A DNA stretch of 64,000 bases from the human T2T-CHM13v2.0 reference genome, Homo sapiens: assembly GCF_009914755.1 (NCBI RefSeq), contig NC_060936.1. One strand, given 5' to 3'. Numbering within the stretch: position 1 is the first letter of the stretch; each line of letters opens with the position of its first letter. Under the pieces are notes generated by a model. It did no database searches. It had not been told where the DNA came from and was given only the letters and a program-made list of their open reading frames with translations. Below, in pieces: positions 40,614 to 53,293 of the stretch. The position numbers and the translations under genes are program-made.

Positions 40614-40885
40614 TGTCAAGAACTGTGAACAGTCTGAGATTTTACCTCATTTATAAGCTAAAAAATTAGCCTTCTACAGTTTCGGGTTGCTGGCATTAGA
40701 CACAGAATTCCTGAGTCATTACTCGTGGTGCAGCAATCAGTATGAAACTTCATTTTTGCACTGGTTACCTTTGCTTTCCGAGTCATATGGAGGGGGATAC
40801 TAAGGGGCCCAAGTGGTTGCATGCAGTGGGTTTGTGTGATAGCTGGGGACCTACAAGCTTAGAGTATCTGACATTCTTTGCTAGT
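40614..40885. mobile_element. ERV LTR fragment (subfamily uncertain)
   Basis: TGTCAAGAACTGTGAA..TCTGAGATTTTACC..AAGCTAA..TTAGCC recognised as an LTR terminus. Confidence 0.5.
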
Positions 40886-40899
40886 AAACCAAAATACAA

Positions 40900-41665
40900 T
40901 AGTGGTAGTTTCATAATGCTTAGTTGCAATGTAGAATCTGAAACCATATTTGTTACTGTGATGGATTAAAATCCATTGGTGTATATTGAATTTTGAACGA
41001 ACCTTTCACCCATATATGATTTTGTAACCAAATGCACTGGTCATCTAGAAAATATTGGTTCCCCAAGTTATGTAGAACTTCCAAATGTTGACACATTTCA
41101 ATATATAATACAAAAAAATCATATTTGTTAAGATTTCCAATATTCTAATTTTTCTAATATCTGAATTAGTATGAATATTATCCTTTTCTAACATTCTCTG
41201 AAAAAATGGCTACTTCTACTTACAATTCAAACACCTACACAATTGCTTTTCTTTGAGACAAGGACTGTTTCAGTAGATCAGAAGAGCTTTATGTGTACTT
41301 TCTATTTCATCTCACAGAATATTTAAAAGGTATGTACTCAAGAGTCAATATTTTGAAAAATTCATATATTTTACTACTTCATCAAAGATATTCTTTAGTG
41401 AATCTGGCTTCTTAGAATTTAAACTGGGAGTGTATGGTGGTGAAGAATAAAATTCTAGTATAGTTTGCTTCTACTATTCTATTCATGCTAAGTTGTCAGC
41501 AGTTTTATCACCCATTGTTTTTTGCACCATTAGTGCAAAGGTCAACACAGTAAAAAAGCCAGATAATATCTTAGTATTGTTATGAAAATAATTTTGATCT
41601 TGTGAACTCCTGAAAGGGTCTCAAAAATTCTTAGATGTCCTTGGATCATACTTTGAGAACTGCTG
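40900..41665. mobile_element. Charlie1-type hAT DNA transposon fragment
   Basis: CTTCCAAATGTTGACACATTTCA..TGAAAGGGTCTC..CTTTGAGAACTGCTG terminus. Confidence 0.75.
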
Positions 41666-41767
41666 TATTAAGGAGGCCTGTTAGGAGGCTGTTATAAGAG
41701 GATATTGATAAGGAACTGTACATATAATGTAGAGCATGAAAGAAAAGGAATTTGATAAATTGAGTAC

Positions 41768-42280
41768 TGTCTTAGTCTGTTTGGGCTGCTATAACAAAAT
41801 CCCATAAGCTAGATAGCTTACAAACAGCAGAAATTTATGCCTCACAGTTGTGGAGGCTGAGAAGTCCATGATCAAGACATGAGTCTATTCAGTGTCTGGT
41901 GAGGACATGTTTCCTGGTGCATAGAGGGCCCCTTCATGCTATGTCCTCACATGGTAGAAGGGCAAGACAGCTCTTTGGAGTCTCTTCTGTAAAGGCACGA
42001 ATCCCATTAATGAGGATTCACTCTCATGACTTAATCACCTTCCAGAAGGCCTCACTTTTTTTGGATTAATTAATCAGTATTAATGAACAAAATATTAATG
42101 ACATCCCCTTCTCCGTCCCTGTGGATCAAGGCAAGAAGGGCCATTTGCCGACACAGATACCAGGAGGTGGAAAGCTGCAGCAGTTTTGAGCAGAAGGCCT
42201 CACTTTCTAATACCATTTCCTTGGGGTTAAGATTTCAACACAAGAATTTTGGGACGACACGACCATTCAGAGTAGAAAGC
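41768..42280 (-). mobile_element. MLT1A/MST-like LTR interrupted by an orphan insert
   Basis: TGTCTTAGTCTGTTTGGGCTGCTATAACAAAA..GTCCTCACATGGTAGAAGG..AATCCCATTAATGAGG. Confidence 0.85.
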
Positions 42281-43121
42281 ACATTGTTTCTAAGTTATGT
42301 GTGGAAAGTTCAGGTACAGATGTCTAGCAGCCATTATAAAATATGAGATTGAATATAGAGAATTACAACTTAATGATCTGCATTGGGGAGGCATCCACAC
42401 ACAGGTGACAGGTTGAAGACATGGGAGTGTGCACAGCATACTGGTCTAGGTCATGGTCTGTCTTGGTTTAAACTCTAGTTATGCCACCTTCTTAACCAAT
42501 TTGTGACTTGGTTTCCTCATCTGGAAAATGGGTAAAATAATAGTATCCACCTCAAAGCGTTGTTACAAAGATTAAATGAGTTAATATTTGTAATGTGGTT
42601 ATAACAGATCTTGGCACATAGTAATCTATATATCTGTCTAGATCTGAATGTAATTGTACTATACAAATGAAATACAAAAATGGGAATAAATGGAGATTTC
42701 TCTGGGAGAATACTGAGGGAGAAGAGAAGAGGGCTGAGAATTGGGGCAACCAATGTTTAAGAGAAAAGCAAAAGAAAAGAAGCCAGTGAAGGAGACAGAG
42801 TGATGAGGGAGGCAGGGAAAAGCTCCAGAGTGGTGTCCTGGCAGCCTAGGAGAAGTTTGCCACATTGCAGACTTCAGGCAGGAATGTAAACTTTGAGATG
42901 GCGGGTGCTGCATTTACTTTGTTCTCTGCTGAATCCTCTGGACTTAGCACAGTGCCTGATATATAGCAGGTGTCCAGTAAATATTTGGCAAATGAAAATG
43001 CCAAAGAGAAGTTGGAAAGATAAGGGCCTGAATATGTTTATTTATATTTAACAAAAATAGGTCAGTTGGGGACTTAGGCCTCCCTATATAGTGCCATACT
43101 AACGTCAGAACTTGATGTTAA

Positions 43122-43452
<331 letters not shown>

Positions 43453-44529
43453 CTAAAATATTCGTAACTTATGAGTTAACCCTTACAGCTATTGCCTGTT
43501 ATTACCATGGTTTCATTATAATTTTGTGCAACTGGCCCCAAAGTCTCTTTTTTAAAATAACTGCTTTCTGCCTATGATCACAGGCATATTTTTAGCCTTT
43601 TTCTAAATGCCAAAATTAGTCATTAGATAGAAGAATTGGTCATCAACCAGGCCACTGGATGACTCAAGATTCCATCATTTGACCTCATATTGAAAATATG
43701 AAGACCAGAGTTTGACAAGCAACACTGCAGCAGTGTTTTCTGCTTTCCATTATTACTGTACAGGAAAACAATCAGATTTAAAATACTGATTTTTCTTTTA
43801 TTTGAGTTTGTGGCAGGCAGTACACTGCTCTTTACTACAAGCGAACTCCTTGTAAAAATCTCCACACGAGGAGGTAGACTGAATCCCCCCACTGCGTTTC
43901 TGGGCTCCTTAGACTAATGGATTCCATTGAATTGGTCTCAGATTAAATTTCTCTAAATATTACATTATTTTTTCTACTTCCTTGCTCAAAAAGTTGCTAT
44001 GGATCAAGCCTCTTTAATCTGGCCAAACTCCTTTTTTGCTGAATTCCCTCTGTGTAAACTCTGCACTATAGTCGCACTAGTCTACTTTCTTTTCTCAAAC
44101 ACTTGGTTCTCCACTTGTGTATCTTTTGTTAGCTTGATTCCTAGATATCATATAGTATTGAAATATTTTCTCTGTTATATTATCCAATGGATTATTACTG
44201 GTGCTTAGGAATATGCCCCCAACTTTTGTATGCAGCTCTTTTACCCTTGAATCTGTGGATTATTTTTAGATTCTAAAGGCTGAATATAGAAGCTATTGAA
44301 TTTTTTGTGTGGACAAACCATATTTTTCACAAATAATGATAGTTAGGTCTCTTCTTTTCTAATTTATTATACCAAAAAATTTTATTGGCTTGCATTTACT
44401 ATAACCTACACTAAAATGTTCAATAGAAGTAGCAGTAGTTGGCAACCTTGTCTTTTTCCTGACATGTAAAGGAATGCTTCTCAAATTTCATCATTAAGCT
44501 ACTTGGTTAATAATGACATATATGTGAGT

Positions 44530-44770
44530 CAGCATGTTAAATGGTTAAGAGCTACAACTCTGGACCAATCTGGCTGGGTTTAAATTCCAGCTCTGCTACT
44601 TAGCTGCGGCGTTATATTGGATAAATTAACTCTGGCTTGGTTTCCTTATGTGTAATATAGGGAATGACAGCAGCTAAATCATAGAATTACTGTAAAGATT
44701 CGATGAGATAATACTTATAAGGTGCTTAAAGCTATCTGGTACATACCAGCATGGTATAAGTGTTTCTTAA
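44530..44770 (+). mobile_element. MIR
   Basis: ATGGTTAAGAGC..CTGGGTTTAAATTCCAGCTCTGCTACTTAGC. Confidence 0.75.
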
Positions 44771-44899
44771 ATATATTGAGGTAATCATTTGAAATCTCTC
44801 ATTTAATATACTACTTTAATTGATATTATTTTATTTAAGTCTTTAAATTCTTGGGGTCAGCCATACAGAATTATGAGTTTAAAAAATATGTGGTTCATT

Positions 44900-46960
44900 T
44901 CTAGTCAATATTGTACTGAAGGTTCTAGTCAGGAAAATTAAGCAAGAAAAAGAAATAAAAGGCACACAGATCAGAAAGGAAGAGGTAAAACTATATGCAC
45001 AGATGACATGATATTGTATACAGAAATAATAAAAAATCCACAAAAGCTATCAGAGCTAATAAGCACATTCAGCAAGGTTGCAGAGTACAAGATTCATATA
45101 CAAAAATCAATTGTATTTCTATACTCCAGCAATAAACATTCAAAAAGAAAGTTAGCATAATAATTCCATTGATAGTAACATCAAGAAGAATAATATACTT
45201 AGGAATAAAGGGAACAAAAGAAGTGCAAGACTTATAAACTAAAAATGATAAAGCCTTTTTAAAGAAACTAAGGAATAGCTAAGTAAATGGAAAGTTATCT
45301 CTTGTTTGTGGCTTGGAAGACTTCATGTAAAGATAAACATACTCCCCAAATTGATCTATAGCAACAAAATCACTATCAAAATTCTATCTGCTTTTTTTTG
45401 AAAGAAATCAACAAACTGATTCTAAAATTTGTATGTAAATGCAAGGGTCTCAGAGAGGCCAAATTGGTCTTAAAAAAGAACAAGTTGGAGGACTCACACT
45501 TTCCTTCTTTTTAAAAATTTACCTCAAGAAGGTAGACACACACTTTCTGATTTCAAAAATTACTACAAAGCTACAGTAATCAAGGCATTGTGGCACTGGT
45601 ACAAGGACAGACATATGATCAATGAAATAGAATATAAAGTCTAGAAATAAACCCTTACATTTAAGATCAGTTGATTTTTGACAGGAGTGCCAAGATAACT
45701 TGATTAAGAATAGTCTTTTCAACAAATGCTGCTGTGACAACTGGATATCCACATGTAAAAGAATGACACTGGAATTAAGTCACAACATATACAAATATTA
45801 ACTCAAAAATGGGTCAACAACCTAAATACAAGAGCTAAAACCTTCAAACTCTAGGAAAAAAACCATAAGAGTAAGTCTTTGTGAACTTGGATGAGGCAAT
45901 GATTTCTTAGATATGACACCAAAAGCGTACAAGCACCAAAAGAAAAAGAATGGGATTGTATCAAATTACAAACTTTTGAGCTTCAGAGGACATTATCAAG
46001 AAACTGATAAGACAAACCACAGAGTGGGAGAAAATATTTGTAAATCATATATTTGATAATCCAGAATACATGAAGAACCCTTGTAAATCAACAATAAAAA
46101 TAAATAATCCAATTTAAAAATGGGCAAGGGATTTGAATAGACATTTCTCTAAAGAAGATATACAAAGGGCCAATAAGCACATGAAAAGATGCTCAAAATC
46201 ATTCCCTAGTGAGAGAAATGCAAATCAAGACCACAATGAGAAATCACTTCACATTCATTAGGATGGCTCTAGTAAAAAAGATAGGCAATAACAAATGTTA
46301 ATGAGAATGCAGAGAAATTTGAACCCTCATTCATTTCTAGTAGGAAGATAAAATGGTATAGCCCCCTTGTAATTGAGTTTGGCAGTTTTTTAAAAAAATT
46401 GCATATAGGGTTTCCATATGATCCAACAATTTCACTCCTAGATATCTATCCAAGAAAATTAAAATTATTTCCTAGGCAAAAACTTGTACATCAATGCTCA
46501 TAGCAGCATTATTCATAATAGCCCCAAAGTGAAAACAACCCAAATGTTCATTGATTGATAAATGAATAAACAAAATGTATTGTATTCCTACAATGGAATA
46601 TCACTCAGCAACAAAAAGAAATGAAGGACTGATGCTTGCTACAATGTGGATGAACCTTGTAAATGTGATTCTAAATGAAAGAAGCCAGTCACAAAAGGTC
46701 ACGTATGATTTCACTTCTATTAAATGTCCAGAATAGGCAAATCCATGAAGACAGAAAGTCGATCAATGGTTTCTAAGGACTGGGAGTAGGGACTGTGAGG
46801 GATATGGGATTTCCATAGGGCTAATGGATATGGGATTTCTACTGGGGTGACAAAAACGTTCTGGAAGTTGTAATGGTTGTACAATTTTGTTACTACACTA
46901 AAAGCCACTGAATGGTACACTTAAGGGTGAATTTTATGATGTGTGAATTACATCTCCCCC
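44900..46960 (+). mobile_element. L1MB-type LINE, 3' ~2 kb
   Basis: Sense ORF2 motifs (TACTACAAAGCTACAGTAATCAAG, AATGCAAATCAAGACCACAATGAG) and 3' UTR AAGAAGCCAGTCACAAAAGG..TCCAGAATAGGCAAATCC. Confidence 0.88.
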
Positions 46961-47652
46961 AAAATGTTAAAACATTGGTGAATTTAGCTTTCTACTATAT
47001 CCTATTTTATTTAGAATATTTACATAAGTGTTTATGAGTGAGATTGTTCTTTACTTTTCTATTCTTAAATATTTCGTTTTAGGATCTGGACCCAAGGAAT
47101 CTGACTTCTCTCTTACTGTTATTTCTCAACTGTCCAGGTCTAATTCCACCTGTGCACTAATTCCTATACCCTCTTGCCTATGTAAGTACATAACTTCAAC
47201 GAATTCTGCCTCTCTTTCTTCTGTCATCATTTACCTCCTCTCTATTTGGTAACCCCAATGAGCCTTCAAAAATAGTACAATATCTCTTATTGTGAAGGAA
47301 CCCTCCCTCGACCCCACATTTGCCTCTGGCTACTGCCACATTTCTCTATGATAGCAAAACTTATTGAAAAATTTATAGTCAGCAGCTCACTTTTTTTTCT
47401 CTCCGTTCTCTCTTGGATCCACTTTAATCAGGCTTTTTTCCTCATCTACCTGTTAAAGCTACCAGTTACTTCCATGCAATTAAATTCTAATGATCAGTTC
47501 TCTGTTATCATCTGACTGGAACCATCAGAAGCATTTGCCACAACTGTAACTCTCTTCTTGAAATATTTTCTTCAATTTACTTCTGGAATGCCACTTTCTT
47601 GGTTCTCCTGTTCCCTGGTTCTTCTTCTCAGTCTTTTTTGCTGGTTTCTTCT

Positions 47653-48301
47653 TATATTAGTTTTCTCTTGTTGTGTAAGGAATTACCAAAAATTTAGTGG
47701 GCTTTAAACAGATACATTATCTCACAATTTCTATGAGTCAGGAGTCAGGGCATAGTCTAACTGGGCCTTTGGATCAAGGTCATACAAGACTGTAATCAAG
47801 GATATGGCTGGACTGCATTCTTACCTGGAGGCTCAACTGGAGGTGATTCTGCTTCTGAATTCACTCAGGCCATTGGCAAAATAATTTTCTTGTGGATGAA
47901 TGACTGAGGGCCTGGCTCTTTGGAGGTTGTTGGCTGAAGACCACTCTTGATCCTAGAGATCACACTAATTCCTTGCTACACTGGCTTTTCCAGCATAGCT
48001 GCATACTTCAAGACCACAAAGAGAGTCTCTTACATCAAGGTCAACCTAGTCCCCTCCCCATCCCCCCTTTTAAGACCTTTTGCCTGGTTAAGTCAAACCC
48101 ACCAGGAACATCTCCTTTTGATTAACTCAAAACAATTAATTTGGATCTTGATTTCATCTTGAAATCCCTTCAACATTGCCATACCCTGTTGTCTACAAGC
48201 AAGTCACAGGTCCTGCCACACTCAAGGGGCAGGACCATACAAGCCATCAACACCAAGGAGTAGAAATTCTAGGGGGTCATCTTACAATTCTTCCTACCAC
48301 A
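47653..48301 (-). mobile_element. MLT1E-like LTR inserted in L2
   Basis: TATATTAGTTTTCT..GTCAGGAGTC..ACACTCAAGGGG..CCTACCACA; TSD CTTCT/CTCCT. Confidence 0.75.
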
Positions 48302-48338
48302 CTCCTCATCTGTTTGACCTTTACAACTGGAATTCCCT

Positions 48339-48594
<256 letters not shown>

Positions 48595-49354
48595 AACAGG
48601 AATTCCCTAGGGCTCAATTCTTGGGTCTCTTTTCCTGTTTATTGATTGTGCTTGGATCTCTTTTATTTGCCTCCCCATATTTTCTTTCTCCCCTCCTCTT
48701 CTTTGGTTTGTGCTCTAAGAGGTGATTCAAGCACACCATATCAACAGCTTCTTTGCCCTTGACTTTCTGTTGGAGCTTAGGAGGAGAGTGGGATAGAGTA
48801 TTGCTTCCTCTAGCCTCCTTACTGCTGGGTTGCCTCCCTTGACTAAAGGTTACAGCTCTTGTCAAGGGGAGCATCTCTATTCAGCTACCTTCTCTGGGTT
48901 TCTGGTAATTCCTCCTTCCCCTGGACCCATTAGGCTGCCTGGTGTTGGGGTAATACATCATCCTTTATTCTTTATCGAAATTCTGCCACACTATTTAAAT
49001 AGACCCTTTGTTAAAGTCTTCTCAGATTGTGTGATTGGAGTGTGCTACTTGGACTTACTCGTAAATATACATGCTCTCCCTTTCTGATCTTGTTTAGTCT
49101 CATGGATTTAAATTCCATTAATCTACTGATGACCTCTACATTTTTTCCCATAACCTGGACCTCTCCCTTGGGATTCCTACTTGAAATTTCCACTTGGATA
49201 TATTCTATATACCACAAACTTCACAAGCCCACATCTTCAACTCTGATTCTTATCCAACTTCCAACCTCAAACCTTACTCTTTTTCATACTTTCCAATCTC
49301 AGAAAATGGCAATATCAGTCTTCCAGCTACAGAGGCCAAAGAGTCTGGAGTTGT

Positions 49355-49510
49355 AGCCAAGCGTGGTAGCACTTGCCTGTAGTCCCAGCTACTTGGGAGG
49401 CTGAGGTGGAGAATTGCTAGAGCCTAGGAGTTTGAAGCTGTAGTGTGCAATGATTCAGCCTCAACAGCCACTACACTTCGGCATGGGCAACCTATAAAGA
49501 CGCCATCTCT
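49355..49510 (+). mobile_element. FAM (fossil Alu monomer)
   Basis: Monomer with 7SL-like GCTGTAGTGTGCAATGAT..CAGCCACTACACT segment. Confidence 0.75.
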
Positions 49511-49537
49511 CTTTTTTAATGATTATTCATAGGCTGA

Positions 49538-50850
49538 TTTTTAATCGATACACAATATTTGTAAATATTTGTAGGGTTCATGTAATATTTTGTTACATGC
49601 ATAGGGTGTGTAATGATGAAGTCAAAGTGTTTAGGATATCCATCACCTCATGTGTTAATCATTTCTATGTGTTAGGAACATTTTAAGTCCTCTCTTGTAG
49701 TTATATTGAATCTTGTAGTTATATTGAAGTATATAATACATTGCTTTTAACTATAACTACTCTACCATAGAACATTAGATTTTATTGATTCTATCTAATT
49801 GTATGTTTATACCCATTAATCAGTCTCTTATCCTCCCCAACCCTTACAAGCCCTTCCCTACCTCTGGTAACTATCACTCTTCTCTGCCTCCATAAGATCA
49901 ATTGTTTTAACTCCCACAGATGAGTGAGAACATGTAATAGTTGTCTTTCTGTGCTTGGCTTATTTCACTCAACATAATGATCTTCAGTTCCATCCATGTT
50001 GCAGCAAATGGCAGGATTTCATTTTTGTTAATGGCTGACTAGTATTTCATTGTGTGTATGTGTGTGTGTGTGTTTATCACAATTTCTGCATCCATTCTGT
50101 TTCTGGACACTTAGGTTGATTACATATTTTGCTATTGTGAATAGTGCTACAACAAACATGAAGGTACAGGTATTCCTTTGAGATATTGATTTCTTTTCCT
50201 TTGGATAAATACCCAGTAGAGGGGATTGCTGGATCATATCGTGGTTCTGTTTTTAGGTTTTTTTTTATTATAAATTTCCATATTGTTTTCCATAGAGACT
50301 GTACTACTTTACATTCCCACCAAAAGTGTGTAACAGATCCCTTTTCTCTGCATCCTAATCAGCATTGTTATTTCTTGTCTTTTTGATAATAGCCATTCTA
50401 ACTGGGGTAAGATAATATCTCATTGTGGCGTTGATTTGCATTTCCCTAATGACTAGTGACATTCAGCATGTTTTCATGTATATGTTGGCCATTTGTATAT
50501 CTTTTGAGAAATGTCTATTCATGTTCTTTGCTCATTTTTCAAGGGGATTATTTGTTTTTGTTTCTATTTTTTGCTTTTGGGTTGAGTTCCTTGTTTAATC
50601 TAGATACTAGCATCTTGTGAGATGAGTAGTTTGGGAATATTTTCTGTCATTCAATAGGTGGCCTCGTTACTCTGTTAATTGTTCACTTTTGCCCTGCAGG
50701 AGCTTTTTAGTTTAATACAGTCCCATTTGCCTGTTATTGGTTTTGTTGCCTGTGCTTTTGAGGTTATTACCCATAAAATCTTTGCCTAGATTAAAGTCCT
50801 GGAGTGTTTACCCTATGTCTTCTTCTAGTAGTTTTATAGTTTTTATAGTT
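49538..50850 (-). mobile_element. L1MA (MA2-4-like) 3' ~1.3 kb
   Basis: TTTGTTACATGCATAG..CCCACAGATGAGTGAGAACATG..TAGCCATTCTAACTGGGG; TSD TCTCTTT. Confidence 0.88.
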
Positions 50851-50864
50851 CTCTTTAAAAAAAT

Positions 50865-51736
50865 CTGGGATAATTTCTGACTCCCCTCTTTCTTTCACAC
50901 TATCCTTCTGATCCAACAACAATCCTCTTGTCTCTGTCTTCAACATAACTTCAGACCATAACAACGTTTCCCCACCTCCACTGCTTCCCTCCTGGTCCAA
51001 GCCCTCATCATCTCTGGTCTGGATTGCTTAAATAGGCTTTTAATTTGTCTCCTTGCCTCTTTCCGTGCTCCTTGTCCTTCACTCCAGTCCTTTCTCACCA
51101 AGGCTGTCCTAGTTATCTTTTTAATACATTAGTTATATTATGTTTCTCTTCACCTCTAACCCCCACAGTGGTCTCTCATCTCACTGGGAATAAAAAGTCA
51201 CAAACATGGAAATGGCTTTGAAGGTTCTATGTGATCTGGCCTTCTGCTCCAATTCTAACTTTTGCTCCTACCACTCTTCTTACTCACTCCTCTCATCACA
51301 CTCATCTCCTTGCTATTCCTTGAGCCTACCCTGCATGTCTCTACCTTAAAGCCTTTGAACTTCCTGTGCCATCTGCCTGGGACACTTGTCTCCCATGTCA
51401 TTATAACTGGCTCCCTTAAATATCACATTCTCACTAGGTCTTCTCTAGCTCTCTTTATAAAACAGCATCCTTCCTTCCCTCTTTGATGTTTTTCTTCCCC
51501 TTTACCTTAGCTTATTTTCTCTTCCTAGCAGTTCCACCCTCAGACATTATGTATTCACTTGTTTATTTGTGATCTGTTTCCCACACTGGCCCCTCTCCCT
51601 CAACTAAAGTGTAAACTCAATAGGATAGGGACTTCGTTTTGTGCACTCATTTTTCTCCAGCACCCAGAACACTGCCCAGCATTTAGTAGCTGCTCAAGAA
51701 ATAGTTGTTGAATACATGATTGAGTAGATGAATGAA
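50865..51736 (+). mobile_element. L2 3' part (continues L2 pieces from ~47090)
   Basis: CTGGTCCAAGCC..CATCTCT; ends TTGTTGAAT..GATGAATGAA. Confidence 0.8.
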
Positions 51737-52229
51737 AAGTTATGATTAAGGTATTATCCTACAAGTTGGGTAAGCGATATCTAGAAAATCTGTAGAGTTG
51801 TTCTAGGGCTCCTGATCTATATTTGGAAATCGTGGTCCTTGTTTCAAGGCAGTGTCTTTTTTCTCCCACTTTCTCAGGTCCAATGAGTCCCAGTAAGCCA
51901 CAGTTCCTAACAGCAAGTGAACTGTTTTTTAAACTGCCTACGTGTTTTTGGAAGTCCCAACCCAGCTGCAGCTTCAGGCAGAGTGCCCAGTTCTGGCCAG
52001 TCATCTCTCTGAGCCTTGCTCACTGCGTTGGCTTTCTGTTCTTTTTCTGGTCCATGGAGATGTTTATCTTGATTTTGTACCCAGCTAATGTCATAATGCT
52101 TTTATCTTTTTATATATTTCCAATCATGGCTGAATGTTTAGAACAGAGGGGTGTGGTAATTTACGAACTCACTAAACCATCTTGATTAGAAGTCCCCACA
52201 CATTTCCAAATAATGTTTGAAATGTGGCC

Positions 52230-52492
52230 AAATTTAAAATCCAGGAGACAGTACATAAAAATTCAGATTTACTGTTTATCTTGAAAATTTGTATATTTGG
52301 CAACACTAAGCCAGCATTTCTGTATGTGACAACTGACTGGAGGTGAGTACTTGCTAAGACGCTTCAATGGGTCATGCAGTCTACAAGCTGCCAAGTCCTC
52401 CCCACTGAACATTTTGTTAAATTTGACAGAAATGACTTCACTCCTTTGCTTTATCTGCCTAACCCTTGTAGGTATTTTAATTTGTGATCCCT
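52230..52492. mobile_element. MER102-like hAT DNA transposon
   Basis: GGCAACACT..CTGGAGGTGAGTA..TGTAGGTATTTTAATTTGTGATCCCT. Confidence 0.55.
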
Positions 52493-53047
52493 ATTTTGAG
52501 AACGGTCTGAGCAAAAGCATCAGGTAATTTATTAAGAGGTTAGAAAATGAAAACACCAAAACCGAAAACAAAGCCCTTATTTTGAATAATATATGGGGAT
52601 GGAGGAGAGAGAGAGAGAGAAAGAGCATATTTTATACTTTTTCTCTCTTTAGTGCAAGTTTTTAATTCTAGCTCCGTAGTCACAAAGTTTCCAAACCTGC
52701 CAAACTGCAACTTTTCCCTTTTAGGTGAGACATACCATTAAGGACTTTTCCCCCCATGAAAATGGCATATAAAACTTTCTATCAGTGAGTGCCCTGGAAT
52801 CCAGTGATGCCATTACACAACTGAGAATATAATGTGTCTACTCTTCTGTCAAGGTAAGATTTCTCTAATTTATCAAGAAAGAACTAACTCATTTGATACC
52901 GACAAGCTTTTCTTCTGAAATTGAACTGAGTAGTTAAGAGAATCAGATTTTTTTACTCATGCAAGAATCTGTGTAATCATCTCCTCTTACCCATCTATCA
53001 CAGATACTCTTCCCAGAACAACCTGTGGTCAGTTTGAGGAATTCTTA

Positions 53048-53293
<246 letters not shown>

